A stretch of DNA of 64,000 nucleotides from Takakia lepidozioides (Eukaryota > Plantae > Bryophyta): the NCBI GenBank assembly GCA_030704615.1, contig CM060731.1:39618001-39682000 (forward strand), in the 5' to 3' direction. The notes below the pieces were generated by a model. The model saw only the letters and a list, made by a program, of their open reading frames with translations, was not told the DNA's origin and did not search any database. Within the stretch, counting starts at the first letter, position 1; each line of letters starts with the position of its first letter. The position numbers were made by a program, and so were the translations under genes. This document shows positions 12,358 through 25,235 of this stretch, in pieces.

Positions 12358-12876
12358 ACCCCCACTTCCACAGAGACAAAAGGATGGGTCTTCCTAGAGA
12401 TCTTCTACTTCCTACACTGACATAACAGTGTGGTTCAACTCACACTTGAAGTAGTTTGTCGAGTCCATGAGAGTTCTGAGCCCTGGGCTGCACCATTGCA
12501 GGCAGCAACCCTTGTAACATTCTGCAGAGAAAGGAGAACTAGTTCATGGAATGCTTCTCGACCAGCTAACTAGACATTTCTTAGAAGGACTCCCTTCCCC
12601 CCAGACTATCTTTCCTTTAAATCACATGCCTGGGATTTTACAAACCACCTTTGAGCTCCTCATGCCCTCGACAACTTGTCTTGAAGGCTTTCATGTCCTC
12701 ACTCCATGAGATTCTGACTGTGATTTGCCAAGCTCACTCTTGCACTCGTGAATCCAAGTTTGTCTTCAACATTTACAAGGGCTTTAGTATATGGTTGTTC
12801 TCTTCTAGTGTCAAGATCACACTTTATGATACAGCCACAAGTGTAACATCTACATTATCAAATCCTGGGAGCACCT

Positions 12877-14690
12877 TCACAAGGGTGCAACCTTTGAGCG
12901 TTTTCTTATGGGGCTACTTAGTGCAGATGTGACCATATCTGGAGACTCTATTGGACCTAACTCAGTTATGTGAGACCTTCTGTGTTGAAGATCTTCATCA
13001 CTATCTTCATCGCTATCACTCTCAGCATCCCCATCGCTTTCACTACTACTCTTTGTGGGGCCTGGGGTCCCATGAAATTGCCCATTGGCTGCTAATTCAG
13101 CAGCCACAACAGCTTCAGGAGTACAGAGATCAGCAATGCCAAGAGCCAAGTCCTGCGAATACATGAAAATGTCAAAATGCCAGATTTGAGATTAGGAAAA
13201 ATCTGTGTAGAGAGGTTCAAATGGCTTGGTATAGCAGCGAAGTGTCTTATACCCAAAGCTCAAGTTCAAGTGATTTATTTGCATCCAAGAAAGACCTGCA
13301 TTGCTCTGAGTATATTGCACAGCTGGCCTTTTACAAGCCATCCTAACACCAGAAAAAAAATGTCAGAGTGACAGCAAAGGTGTGGGGGGGCGGGGGGTGG
13401 GGAGGAGGAAGAGAGAGTTTCTAACAGTCCAGAAACATCAAGAAATCTTCCGTACCATCTCTATGTAAGGTCTGCCCTCGCCTCCAGTCACCACCTCTAT
13501 GTCAAACTGCTCAGCCCCTCTCTCCTGCAATCCCCATTTATTGCTCAGGCTAGTAGTCAGGACAGATGGAGCAGAAGCTGTAGACATCGAGCAAGTGAAG
13601 TGTACTCCCAGTCAACAGCTGTGCCACAACATACTTCTCAAAATCCTCTATGTTAACACACGAACAGCTGTTGCCAATCCAAGTTAAAACGCGTGTTAAC
13701 ATAGCGAGTGCAGTATTAAGCAGCCTAGTTTCAGAGGATTTACGACTTGGTCAATCACACCATCAGCTTCATAGTGTGTGGCAGTGCCAACCTGCCACCA
13801 CCGCCAGTCAGTGTAGATGGCATGCAATACAAATCTTCGTACTGAGTTTCTCCACTTTTTCGACAAGTAAAGGGAAACACGGGAAGATACTTCTCAGAAT
13901 ACTAGCCACTTACATTTTTCCTTTCATCGTGCCCTACCCCCACATGCGCAAAAATAGGCTACGCTAATTGTCATACCTGCATGCCTGTGAACAGGTTTTG
14001 ATTCGCCTCGTTCAAAATTGGAAGAAATGCTTTCACTCTTCCTAGCACTGCCATGCCAGTACATTCATTTTTCCATCACATCACTGCAGAATTGCCTAAA
14101 ATTGATGGAACATTCACAAAGAAGTTCTGCTTCACAAAAAGAGAACTGGAGAGTCTGAGAGATACATACCACTGCTTTCAGGCATCGGTGGACATGCCCG
14201 TGCTACCTTGTCGCCTGCCACGCTCTCCTGCCCTGCTTTTTTCTGACAGACCCGCAGACGTGCCTCTGACCAACACAAACACGACCATACGAATTCAACC
14301 TCAAAACTACAATAAGTCCGCAAATTGCAGGCGGTCAGGCACCTAACATATCACAGAAACTTGAGTAGCTTATGCTGAACATTCCTTCCAACAAAAGTTC
14401 AGGTTTCGAAGGGTAGTCAAGAGATACCCAAGGGATTAACATCCCGCTCCAGCTGCAAAAGATCTCTGCTTGCCATGGGCTGAATCTGACCATAAAAAAG
14501 CACCAACCCACTTCATCAGAACTTGAACTGGATCAAAACAAACTAACGGTGCACTTCGAAAGGGGAAACCAGCAGAGAACGCTAAGAATCTTACGTGAGC
14601 AGGAGCCATCGCCGTCCTCCACAAAACCTCTACTTCTGGGGAGGATCTTCGAGAAGGGAACGATGACCCTTCATCACGCAGTCATGGGTT
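12877..14690 (-). CDS. DUF4598 family protein (NOPCHAP1/C12orf45-like box C/D snoRNP chaperone); start unresolved
   Basis: Spliced exons give ARLRVCQKK...PPMPESS|VLGRVKAFLPILNEANQNL|ERGAEQFDIEVVTGGEGRPYIEM|DLALGIADLCTPEAVVAAE followed by an acidic tail. Confidence 0.8.
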
Positions 14691-15720
14691 CCACCCCAAT
14701 GGCTCCTCTTCTCCACTAAAGTTTTTTTTTTTCCTTTTCGGAAAAAGGGGTAGGAGCCCTTGAATGAAGCTATTTCAACATATTCTATTTGTAATTCTTG
14801 GCACCTCACTGAAGTAAGAGTTTACAGTGTAAAATGATCAAAACTGTATTTGGAGTTCTAAGGTCTTCCTCTTCTTTTCTTTTTCTGGATACACAGGGAT
14901 TTGGTTCCACACTGAGCATTGGTGTATAGAAACAGTCTGCTGACTGACTGCAGTGGAAAGTAAACTGGTGATGCAACTGTCGGGCTCAGACTCATACCCA
15001 TCACAGTTAGTTCCACCCTCTTATTTTAAATTGAATAACCGCTTCAGTACTGTGTATGCTTGTATCCTTCTATTATCACACTTCAAGAGAGCATTTGTTT
15101 TAGGATTTCGTCAAACGTTTGATGCGCATCCTTTCCACTCCCGCATTCATGTCAACAATGGTATGCTCCAAAATGTTATCTAGCGCAAAATGCAGTGTTG
15201 ATGAGTGTCAGCATGGACCCCTTTGCCCTCTCCAGGGCTCCTACGCTGGCTGCTACTGCACTTGGCATACACACTGACAAGGAGAATGATGTTAAGCAGC
15301 TTGAATCACATAAGTATGAGATTCACTTCTCTAAGAGAAAAGCATAAATGCCTCTTTCCTTCAGAAAATACAACACTTCTTTAGTCATCACGCCTTAACA
15401 TGGCATCGTCATATGACAAGAAATACCAGAAGAGTCCTTATTTGATTCCCCTCTTCCTCTTCAAAATCAGTGTTGATGGGGGAAGTTCTACCCCTGGTGC
15501 CAGTCTTATATGCACCAAAAATGTGTCAGATTCAATCTTGCCATCCTGCATGACTCCAACTTGCAAATGTTTTCTTCCACAGGTGGAGCTGGCTTCACTG
15601 CCTGAATACTCAGCACATGTGATCCATAAAATGGCTGCACATGGAGTTGCCACCTTCAGCACTTTTGGTTCTTTTGTGAACTGGTTGCCATTGTTATGCA
15701 GGGGCAAGATTGCCTGCATA

Positions 15721-18559
15721 TCATAGCTTCCTGCAAAGAGTCATACCATCGCCAATGGGCACCTACCACATGAAGTGCAATTGTCAACAGATGGAGCAAC
15801 ATCGAAACTATGACTTAAAAATGAGTCATCCTTTCTGCTGTCCACAAGACGATAAGACATCCTCTAGTAGAATGCATAAAGTGAAATGCCCCAGGTGCTC
15901 CTTACCATGCTAATGCTCACACGTGCATCTGACAACAGGAACTTATTGAAGTCTCGGAGAGACTGTGTCTTCTTGTCAACAACCTGGTCCAAATTTCCCA
16001 ACTCACCTTGTCAGTATACATTGGCTCCATGCTCCAAACTGTTCATGGCCATTGCATATGGAAAATGTTGCAAGAAGGATGAACAATGGCATAGACAGGC
16101 CCGATAGAATCACAAGGGAATGCTTGAGGATTTTACCAAAGGATCTGCAACAGTGCCATGCCACAATACATTGTCCACCACCACCAATCCATTGTGCCTG
16201 ACCTGCCATGGATTTCACTTATTTTGGGCAGTTCAATCAATGCACAATGCCAAATCTCCACATGCCGGAGCAAAGACAATGAAACTCTGAGACACTGTGA
16301 TGCTGAAATTCATAAGCAGGTTTGGAAAGAACTTTTGAGAACACTCTGCCAGGTCATCTCAGTGCAGAAGTCTTCATTTACCCAATGATTTGACTCACCA
16401 AACGAACCCAAGTTATGACTGTCACTTCATTCATAGCCCTCTGGCAGGCCAGCATTGGATAGAAAACTTACCAGCTGAAGGAGCAACTCATAGTACTGAT
16501 GATACATCCTTTTATCGGCATCTATAAATGCGAAGTCATAACTGCACAAACAATAATTTGTCACATATCCAGAACTATTAGTGGTGAATTCACTCATGAA
16601 GGAAAAAAAGTGTAGGACACTCCACTCTCAGGACCATAAGAAGTACGGTGTAATTAGACACTCTGATCCCCACTGTGCTCACATGACCTATCCCTCCCTC
16701 CACCGTGTTATAAAATCTCCAAACACACAAGTGGACATGCATCATGTGATGTTTTGAAATATTTATCTCTGGTTTTTGTGCCAAGTAGCTGCCTGATTGC
16801 CTCCTGTTGTTCAGGCGCTGCTACTTTCCTCATTTTACAAGATTTAAGGATTGCTTGAAGGAGCGGTTACGACACCTGCCACCTTCGCCATTCTGAAGCA
16901 TATCGTTCAACGACTCCAGCGCTAAGCCATGCCTCACATCCACCTGCTTTTCCACCCCATGTATTGCTTTCCTATCAGATGTGCTCTCCAGTCCTCTTGT
17001 TGCTGATGTGTCAGCTCACTCGCTCATGCACATATAGTGGCAAAACAGAGTAACCCGAGTCCAAACTCACAACCTACCTTGTGGGAAACCTCTGCGCGCT
17101 CATAGTACTTCCTGGCTATCGCCAGGCAAGACTCCTCCCTCTCACAGGCCACCAGTCGACCCCATTCAGGTAGAACCAAGGCAACTGCCAGTGATGAGTA
17201 GCCCTGGACCCATTCCATCGACCTTCAGTCATGCTGCTGGTAAAGTTTTACACACACGTTTTCTGCAGCTACACTGGTCTGAGTCTCTGTCCATGATACA
17301 GGATCAAGTCAAGTTCCAAAGGCAAGATCACATCATAAGTTCCTCTCCTACATTGCGTTTAAACATAAGGATGCACACAAGCGAAAAGGGAGGAAGCACT
17401 ATTTAGTTGTGGACTTACGGTGAACACCCCAACTTCAATGCACCGTTCTGCTCCCATGATTTGAACTAGCATTGCCAAGAGCTGTGCTTGATCTGGTGAC
17501 ACCTGTAGTGCATTACAAACGAGGCATTCAGGTCTCCTCCAACGTCCTCACAGTTCCTATGCTTTTGAAAACACCTCTTTGACATCTATGATATAACGGA
17601 GGTACCTGGTAACCAGTGATTGCATTGATGTCAGTGCTCTAAGCAACCAACTTAGTTGATGTCATAATCCAGCTCATTTCATTGCAGGCAGCAGACAAGC
17701 CAGATACAATAAGGATGCCAACTAGATATATTATCACAACTGGATCTCTGCAACAGACTATTTCCCTACCTAGCTAACACTGAATCATGTACATCAAACA
17801 GAATGTAAACATTACACCCACAGCCCTTGCATCTACTTATGACAGCTGCCCCCTAATCTGGGACTATAAGCTGCCACTGGCGTTTAAATCATTGTATAAG
17901 ACACCAGTGCATTGAAATAACTTGGTAGTAAAATTGAACAGACATGATTACCATCATCTGACTGCCAAGCCTGCCAGCAGTTTCCTCTCGTAATTCCCGC
18001 AAAATCTGACAATCAAGTCGCTCAAATCATAAGTTGAGCGCACATGCAAAATTTCTAACAAGAAGAGTACAGGCCTGGCCTTTGGAGATCACTCGCGGGG
18101 CCGCTCTATCGTTGTGCATAGTTCACCTTTGATTTCTTGATTCAAGGACACACGAATTCTGCAGTGATCTAGACTTCCAGGCTCACTAATTCAGTCAAGG
18201 GTATCGATCCAAACGTTGCAGAGTACAGGGAGGTGACCTACCTGTGGTTCACGCGTATGTTGCAGGATGTAATGATAAAGTTGGTCAGTGACCTGCACCA
18301 CTTGCTTGCTCCTAGCCACAGTGTCTGATAAAGGGGAGTTTCCTGTAGATGCATTTCGAGACTTGCTGCTCATCTGCCCACTGCAAACCGGGTTGCCAAT
18401 TTTGCTGGCACGAGCACAGGCATATCTTGCGGATTCTCTACGGACCCCTGTGGCGGCCGGGCCGAAGCACCAAGCTCGCGTGACCGCTCTGATTGCCAGA
18501 ACCCGCAGCGCAGGCTGGGCAATGCTTGCGGCGCCGGGAAAATGGCACTGTGTTGCCAT
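15721..18559 (-). CDS. SAM-dependent O-methyltransferase family 3 (CCoAOMT-like/MdmC-like) with transit-peptide-like N-terminus, 9 exons
   Basis: LYHYILQHTREPQ|ILRELREET|VSPDQAQLLAMLVQIMGAERCIEVGVFT|GYSSLAVAL|VDVRHGLA|YDFAFIDADK|GLVVVDNVLWHG|DARVSISM|VPIGDGMTLCRKL*, all GT-AG. Confidence 0.93.
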
Positions 18560-18764
18560 GCTGAAGTGAGGTTCTGGGGTTTATGGCAACACCCAGATAG
18601 CACCCGAGGTTGTTCCATCCTGCCGCTGGGAAGCCGTGATCCTCTTCCCAGAGGTAAACGCTTGTCCCATCACCTTCTCATGCACGAGCCAGCTGCACGG
18701 GTTTTTTCATATCACAACCCAAGAACAAAATTGGAGAGGTTTTGTCACCGACCACCTCGGCAAT

Positions 18765-19690
18765 ATGGAGGAGATTTGGAGCAGACTCGCTTTGGAGTTA
18801 GTGATGGTAGTGTTGGCTTGTTTGCCATATCGAAGTCTTGTCCGCTTTAAGTCGGTTTGCAAGTTGTGGAATCCTTACTGCGGGTTTCCAACAACTCTGT
18901 CAACAGCTCCCTCTTCACGCCGAGTCCTACCTCTTGTCTTTTGACAGTTACTTACGCCCAGATGTTTGCAGATTGTATGCCCCCACAACTCGACAGTGGC
19001 ACAAGATCGGCCTCAAATTCCCGGAGGTCCATTCACTGTACAGTGTTTGTGCTGCAGATGGAGGCTTATTTTGCGTAAAGAACCAGGGGCGTGAGGATGA
19101 CTTACCATCTTGGATTGTGTACAATCCTCTCTTGAACAGTTCCAGACGATTGCCTGCCCTACCTCACAACCCAACACATTTGGTCGTGCAAACAGTAAAT
19201 CTGACTGTGGATAGATGCACCAAGACCTACAAGGTCATTGTGATATCAACCGACGACGACAGAAATTGTCATTGGAGAACACACATCTACGACTCAATTT
19301 GCGAGTGTTGGACCGAGACTGGAAACATGCCCACAGTAGGCGATCAGGAAGATCCAGACAGTGTGATATGTGGCCCTAACCTCTTTGCTCTATCGTATGG
19401 ACAAGATGGAGAGAACGACCACATGTTGATGGCTTGTGACATTGGCAGCGCTGTGTGGACTAAAGTTGCCATACAGATGCCTTGTTTTCTTTTTAGTTAT
19501 GGTCTTCTACAGATTGGCGGGCGCTTATTGCTTTATGGGACTCTTGACTTCTCTTTCTTGCAGTACCCAGCCAAGCAGATGTGTGTGTGGGAGTTCAAAG
19601 TTTCTGCAACGACTGATGCAGAGTGGGTGGAGATTGCAAGACTTAGTGTGGACAAATTTTATTCACTACAGCGGTGAGCCATGACAATCT
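18765..19690 (+). pseudogene. F-box/kelch-like gene copy A, frameshifted and 3'-deleted
   Basis: MEEIWSRLALELVMVVLACLPYRSLVRFKSVCKLWN then frameshift at ~18875; paralogous to 37793-38848; ~380 bp including the C-terminus missing after 19690. Confidence 0.88.
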
Positions 19691-20054
19691 AGATTAGAGC
19701 TGTTAACTTTCTGGTACTCTCAACTTTCTGGCTCTAATGACAGTTGTTACTCTGTAGACAGTGCTACTTGTACAAGCAGCAAAGTATCCATTTGAACACC
19801 TCTACTTTGCTACCCAGTAAGAACACCTACTTGGGGTTTGGAATTATGAATGGCCCAACCCTTGACTCTAATCCTCTGCAATTTCAATCAGAACGTTGCT
19901 CCAAGTGATTTGTGGTGATCACTCATTTCTTCTGTATTGGGGAACGCCATCCTCCTACAACAAATACCTCCGAGGTTCAAATATACCATAGCTCATGCAC
20001 TTTTCCTTGGACAGGTATTTCCTCCGGAAAACTTTGGCGGTCTAACATATCAAG

Positions 20055-23000
20055 AGTCGTTCTTTGACAAGCTATTAAGAAGTACGATGAGTCTGACGAG
20101 CGTGGACACGAGAAGTACGATGAGCGGCGTCGCCGCCAAACCTCGGCGAGGCCTGCAGCGCCGCCAACTTAGTGGAGGTGTTGGCAGTAGCGACAGCGGT
20201 AGCAGCGCTAAGCGAGCAAGCGGCCGCTGCGCAACAGTGGGCCCCACGCCGGTCAGGCGGCCTCGATCGGCTCGTCCCCCAGTTCGTTCAGCCCCGACGC
20301 CGTACAGGCAGCCAACTCCAGCCCTCACCACAACCCCTTTATTGTCTACTCCACCATCCTTGGCAGTTCGCTCCCCAGAGCAACGAGAGGTGCTGAAAGC
20401 AGTCGCAACTGCTCCTACTGGAAGACCTGCTCCTCTTGGAAGACCCCAACGCCAAAGTACCCCTACCCCTAGCTCACATGTTCCTGATGCGCACCAGAGT
20501 CCAAGCTCCAGACACCAAGTTCAAGAAGAGTCGTCATCTTCACAACGGTCTTCTCTACCGCTGATTCCAGGTTCTTCCATTGGCGCCCCACCGACCGAAG
20601 AACTCCCACAGTGTCTGTTGAGCCCTCCCCCACTGCGCCTCTCAGGTAGGGTTCGAGGTCCCACGCCAGTCACTTCTCCTCTAGGTTCTCCATCCCATTC
20701 TCGGCAGTGGCTTCAAGGCAGCCCAACTCCTCTTAGTCATGAGCCTCTCCACGTGCCTTCTTCTCCAGTTGTGCAGCCTGCATTGCCGACCCCATCACTC
20801 TTACCCCAACAGCAGGCGCCTCTCCCATCAGACCGCACCCCATGCCCAGCTTGCGGTCGTCTTTTTGCGCGCATCAGAGGGCTTGCGCGACACCAGCGCA
20901 CGTGTGCGGCTCTTCATCAGTCCCACACAAATGGTACTTCTCCATTTCAGCCCAGTGTCTTGCACGCGCCACCTCCTGCCTCTGCTTGGCATTGGCTTTC
21001 AGCGCTAGATGTTCTGGGCGCATTTCAGCTATGACTGCCAAGACCTCGTCTTTATACAAGAATTCCGGTGGCACTACGTCATGAGGTCCAACTGGCACTC
21101 CGTCTACCCTTAGACAGGCTGGCTCGTGATCCTGATGATATACCAGCATGGTATATTTTCTTGTTATTTCCTCAGTGGTGTTTGGTTTTGCCCCTTCGTG
21201 GCGGTCAGTTAGGGCACAGAGAGACGCGCATCCGTCTTCGCAGTTTTTTATCTGGAAATTGGGAGAGTCTGCAAGATGAGCATCAATTACGGGCACTAGC
21301 CCTTGCGGCACGCGCCCCTCCCGCTTCCTCCACGCAGCCACCCTCATCGGCCCACAGGCGACTTCGTCATAGTCTCATGTTAGGCCGCGTTGGCGAATAC
21401 TCACGCGCGACCAAGGCTTTAGCACCCTCCTCACCAGCGCCTCCATCACCGGATACTGTCACTGCCCTCGAAGCCCTTCACCCATCAGCTCAGGATATTC
21501 TGCCGCTTTTTGTTGAGGACTTCGAGCCAGACCAGGATCTCAAGCTAGATCAGGAGGTCTTCACTAAGGCCTTCACGCGCAGTCCCCATCTTGCAGCGGC
21601 AGGTCCTTCCGGTCTCATGTATGAGCACTTACGCGACTGTTTTTCTCCACATGACTCTGCTAGTGGCTTCTCTCAGCTATTTCAAATTTGCTCCGTTATT
21701 GTTGCTGACCGTATCCCTGCCCCAGTGGCCCGTCGCCTTGGGGCCTCCAGATTGTTGGCTATGAGCAAACCCTCAGGTACTGGCATCCACCCTATCGCAG
21801 TTGGAGAGGTTCTTTACCGCCATGTCAACCGCTCACTTTGTCTTCAGTTTCGAGATGCCTTCTCTGGACACCTCTTTCCACACCAGTTCGGGGTCGCCAC
21901 TCCAAGCGGTTGCGAGGCGGTGGTTCAGGGGATTCGTGCAGCTCTTGATCTTCATCCGGATTGGGTGGTTCTCCAGGTCGACTTCACCAACGCTTTCAAC
22001 ACTGTGTCACGAGCGGCTATCTTTCAGGAGCTCCGTTCAGCCGGAGGAGATTTCCACCAGCTCATTCCGTTTGTTCGATTATTCTATGCATCCACCACTC
22101 CCCTATACTACAGTCATCATTCTCGCCTAGGTGAGTGCTCCAACATTCAGTCCGAGGTTGGGACCCGCCAATGCGACTCTTTAGGAGAACCTTTGTTTGC
22201 CATGGCTCATGTCCGCGCCCTCACGGCTTCTGCATAAGTTCACGCATCTTGTTTTTTTCCGTCGGTGGCAGACGACACGCACATTGTAGGCCCTGCCTCA
22301 CAGGTACTTTCAGCTTACTATCATTTTGTCACCCAACTCTCTGCCGTGGGCCTTTCAGTGCAACCTCGCAAATGTGCGGTGTGGTCTCCGTCCGGTCTTC
22401 TTGCAGATTTTGTCCTCCCTGCTCACTTCATTGCTCCGCCCAATGGCATCAGAATGGCACCACCCAGTTCACAACGTCCTTCTTGGAAGATGCACTCCAC
22501 CAGGATGCCACCCACGCCGATCTCCTTCCTAGGCTCGGAGATGTACATGTAGCATATGGAATCTTGACCAAATGTTTCCTTCAGCGTCCCTCATATCTCT
22601 TGCGCACTGTTCCACCCAGCCCAGATTTCCTACACCTCTTATCTGGGTTTGATACTACCATGATGACTATCTTCGGGAGATTGTTAGGACCATGAGCTCT
22701 GGAAGGTGCTCAGGGACTTTTGCCACGACAACAATCCACCTTGCCCGTCTCTTCCGGTGGTATGGGTCTTTTGTCCACTATCACTACCGCCCCATCAGCT
22801 TTCCTCGGCAGTTGGGCATTGGTGGCGCCAGCCCTCGCTTCACAATTTCTCTGTGACCATCGTCCCATCCTTATGGACGCCGTTGCACATGTCGACAGTG
22901 GCATTTTACCCTTCTAGCAGCATCTCTGCTCTGCACAAGATCTTCTTCCGGCACCGGCGCGAGCATGTCTACCACCATTTGAGCAGTTGGTTGCTCAAGG

Positions 23001-24080
23001 CCTCGACCATCTTCAGGAGTCCATTTCCGAGCGCGTGCACCATCATTCATTTTTCGGCATGCTCTCAAGTGCTTCTTCTGAGTTGCATCGAGCCCGACTT
23101 CTATCATGCGCAGGACCCAGAGCAGGGGCATGGTTGACAACACGACCCACTATCGCACATTTTCGCCTCTCATCCCCTATTTTCACTACTGCGCTCCACC
23201 TTCGACTCGGTTTGCCTCATCCTTCGACATTGGGCCCTCAGCGTTGCGTCTGTCTTCAGCCCATCGATGACCTTGCCATCCATCTTCTCCGCTGGCCATG
23301 TGGTGGTGAGCGCACTGCGTCTCATGATATGGTTCGCGATGCGGTGACATCTATTGCTCGGGAGGCAGGGTATCATGTACTGCGTGAGCAACCACATCTA
23401 CGACCCACGCTCACGTCCCACTCTACACGCCGCCGTGTTGACATCGTCCTATCTAGAGATGGTTTGCGTACCTTAGCAGATGTCGTTCTCGCCGACCCCA
23501 CTCTAGCGGATCTGCTATCTCGCGCAGCTACCACACCAGGCACGGCAGCCACAGTAGCAGCCCAGGCCAAGGAGCGCGACTACAACGATCGTCACCCCAC
23601 CGACACATTTCTTCCACTGGCGGTCGAAATTATTTGGCTCATTGCACCGACACTTCGACGATTTCCTGCGGACATGTGCACATCATGCAGCCAAGAGCGG
23701 GTCCACTGGCATCCCACATGCCTCCGTCCTTGTCGCCTACTATCGACAACGTGTTTCAGTTGCTTTGCAGAGAGCACACGCCATCTCTATTTTGCATCGG
23801 GCTGATGTGGCTAGCTCCGCGTCATCTCGTCTTCCGCCTCTACCTGACACTTTGCCTATCTCTTTGCCTGATCTCCTCCAGGCTGTTGGCTGGGAGGGTC
23901 GCTCTGCTTGAGTAGTTTACTATAGCTTCTGTTTTCCTCGCTGATTGAGTAGCTTACTATAGCTTTTTCTTTTCTTTTCTTGTTTCTTGTTCCTCCCCCC
24001 GCTTTTTGGGAACTTCACATCATATGCACGTTCACCCATTGTACATATTGTAAATAAAGTCTTACAGGGTTTCATCATAT
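20055..24080 (+). mobile_element. CRE-clade (RLE-type) non-LTR retrotransposon, near full length, single disrupted ORF
   Basis: Zn finger CPACGRLFARIRGLARHQRTC; RT motifs AAGPSG, PIAVGE, HQFGV, QVDFTNAFNTVSR, GTRQCDSLG, VADDTHIVG, GGMGL; CCHC-like CVC..HLLRWPC; RLE ERTASHD, RRVDIV, LADVV, AKERDY, FLPLAVE; absent from the paralogous site at ~39468. Confidence 0.9.
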
Positions 24081-24083
24081 ATA

Positions 24084-25235
24084 TGCACTAGTGAGTCATA
24101 CTTCCAAATATGATGTACTTATTTGAGGTGTGCCTGGTGTCACTTACTCTCTGCTGTCACACTTGATAAAGATGGCCGATTGTTGAACACTAAGATGACA
24201 TTAAGAAGGTTGCAACAAAAAGAGGTCCATCCATCTAATCAAATATTGGCGAGTCAGACAGTTAATCAAACACCTGACGAACAGTATTGAGAAATAAACC
24301 GAGAGTACACGCAAGGGTTCTTACCCGTAACGAACACTCCATTCCCATAGATGGCTGCTTGTCAATACTAGAACAATGTCTGAAGGGGCAAATACAATCT
24401 CATGAGGCAGGGCAGCAAATACAGCCTGAAATCGCAACAATGAGCATCTACAAATATGTCACTGGAGTAAAGTTAAGTTTGAGTTCAATCACATGTAAGA
24501 AGAGCAAAGATGGACAGATACTACATAGGAAAATTGCCGTTGAAAGTAGGTGATGGCAAGAACCGACAGTGGGACCCATCCCAAGGCTGTTGCTGAAGTA
24601 CATGGAAACATATATTCCATTTTTGTAGCTTTTTCTTTAAGCTAGTCTAACGAGACAGCCTCCAACAACACACTGTTCCTGTAATCTCAAAAGGAAAACT
24701 TTGTAGCTTCTTTGACACATCATTGCACTCCAATGAGAATCTGAATGTAATCACAAGCCACAGATGCTCCTCGCAATCTAATGATGATGTCTAATCAATC
24801 ATCTCTAGCCCAGGACGGGCCATAAATGGCAACATGTATTGCGACCATATCGTCTATCTCTTATCTGCAAAACACAAACACAAAGGGTTCACTAAGATGT
24901 ACCCCACAAAAGTAAACACAAAATCAACCTGCCCATTCAAACAGGAGAGAGACCTTGTTGCATTGGAAAACGAGCAGAGCTTCTTGTGAACCAAATTTAG
25001 AAACAGAAGTCTACTTGACTATGAATAACACATAAGGTGAACGGTGAACAGTGCCCATATTAGGTTAGATAAGAATATAAATTAAATTGGGGCATGAGAA
25101 GCCTAACAACAAAAAGGAGGGTATGCTACTGCCGCTGCAAGTTCAATTAACAATTCATAAAATGCTGAAGCACACACCTTTACAAGCAAACCACAAGTAT
25201 CAGGCATCTCATGGTTTTGACTTTCTTGGGTACTC
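24084..25235 (-). pseudogene. Duplicated 3' end (last two exons and downstream DNA) of the RsmD-like gene
   Basis: High identity to 41176-42290, with 1-bp insertions in both exons; cut off by a copia element at 25235. Confidence 0.9.

Noticed and set aside
21032-21034. Programmed stop-readthrough between two CRE ORFs
   Set aside because: Several further stops and frameshifts indicate decay of a single ORF
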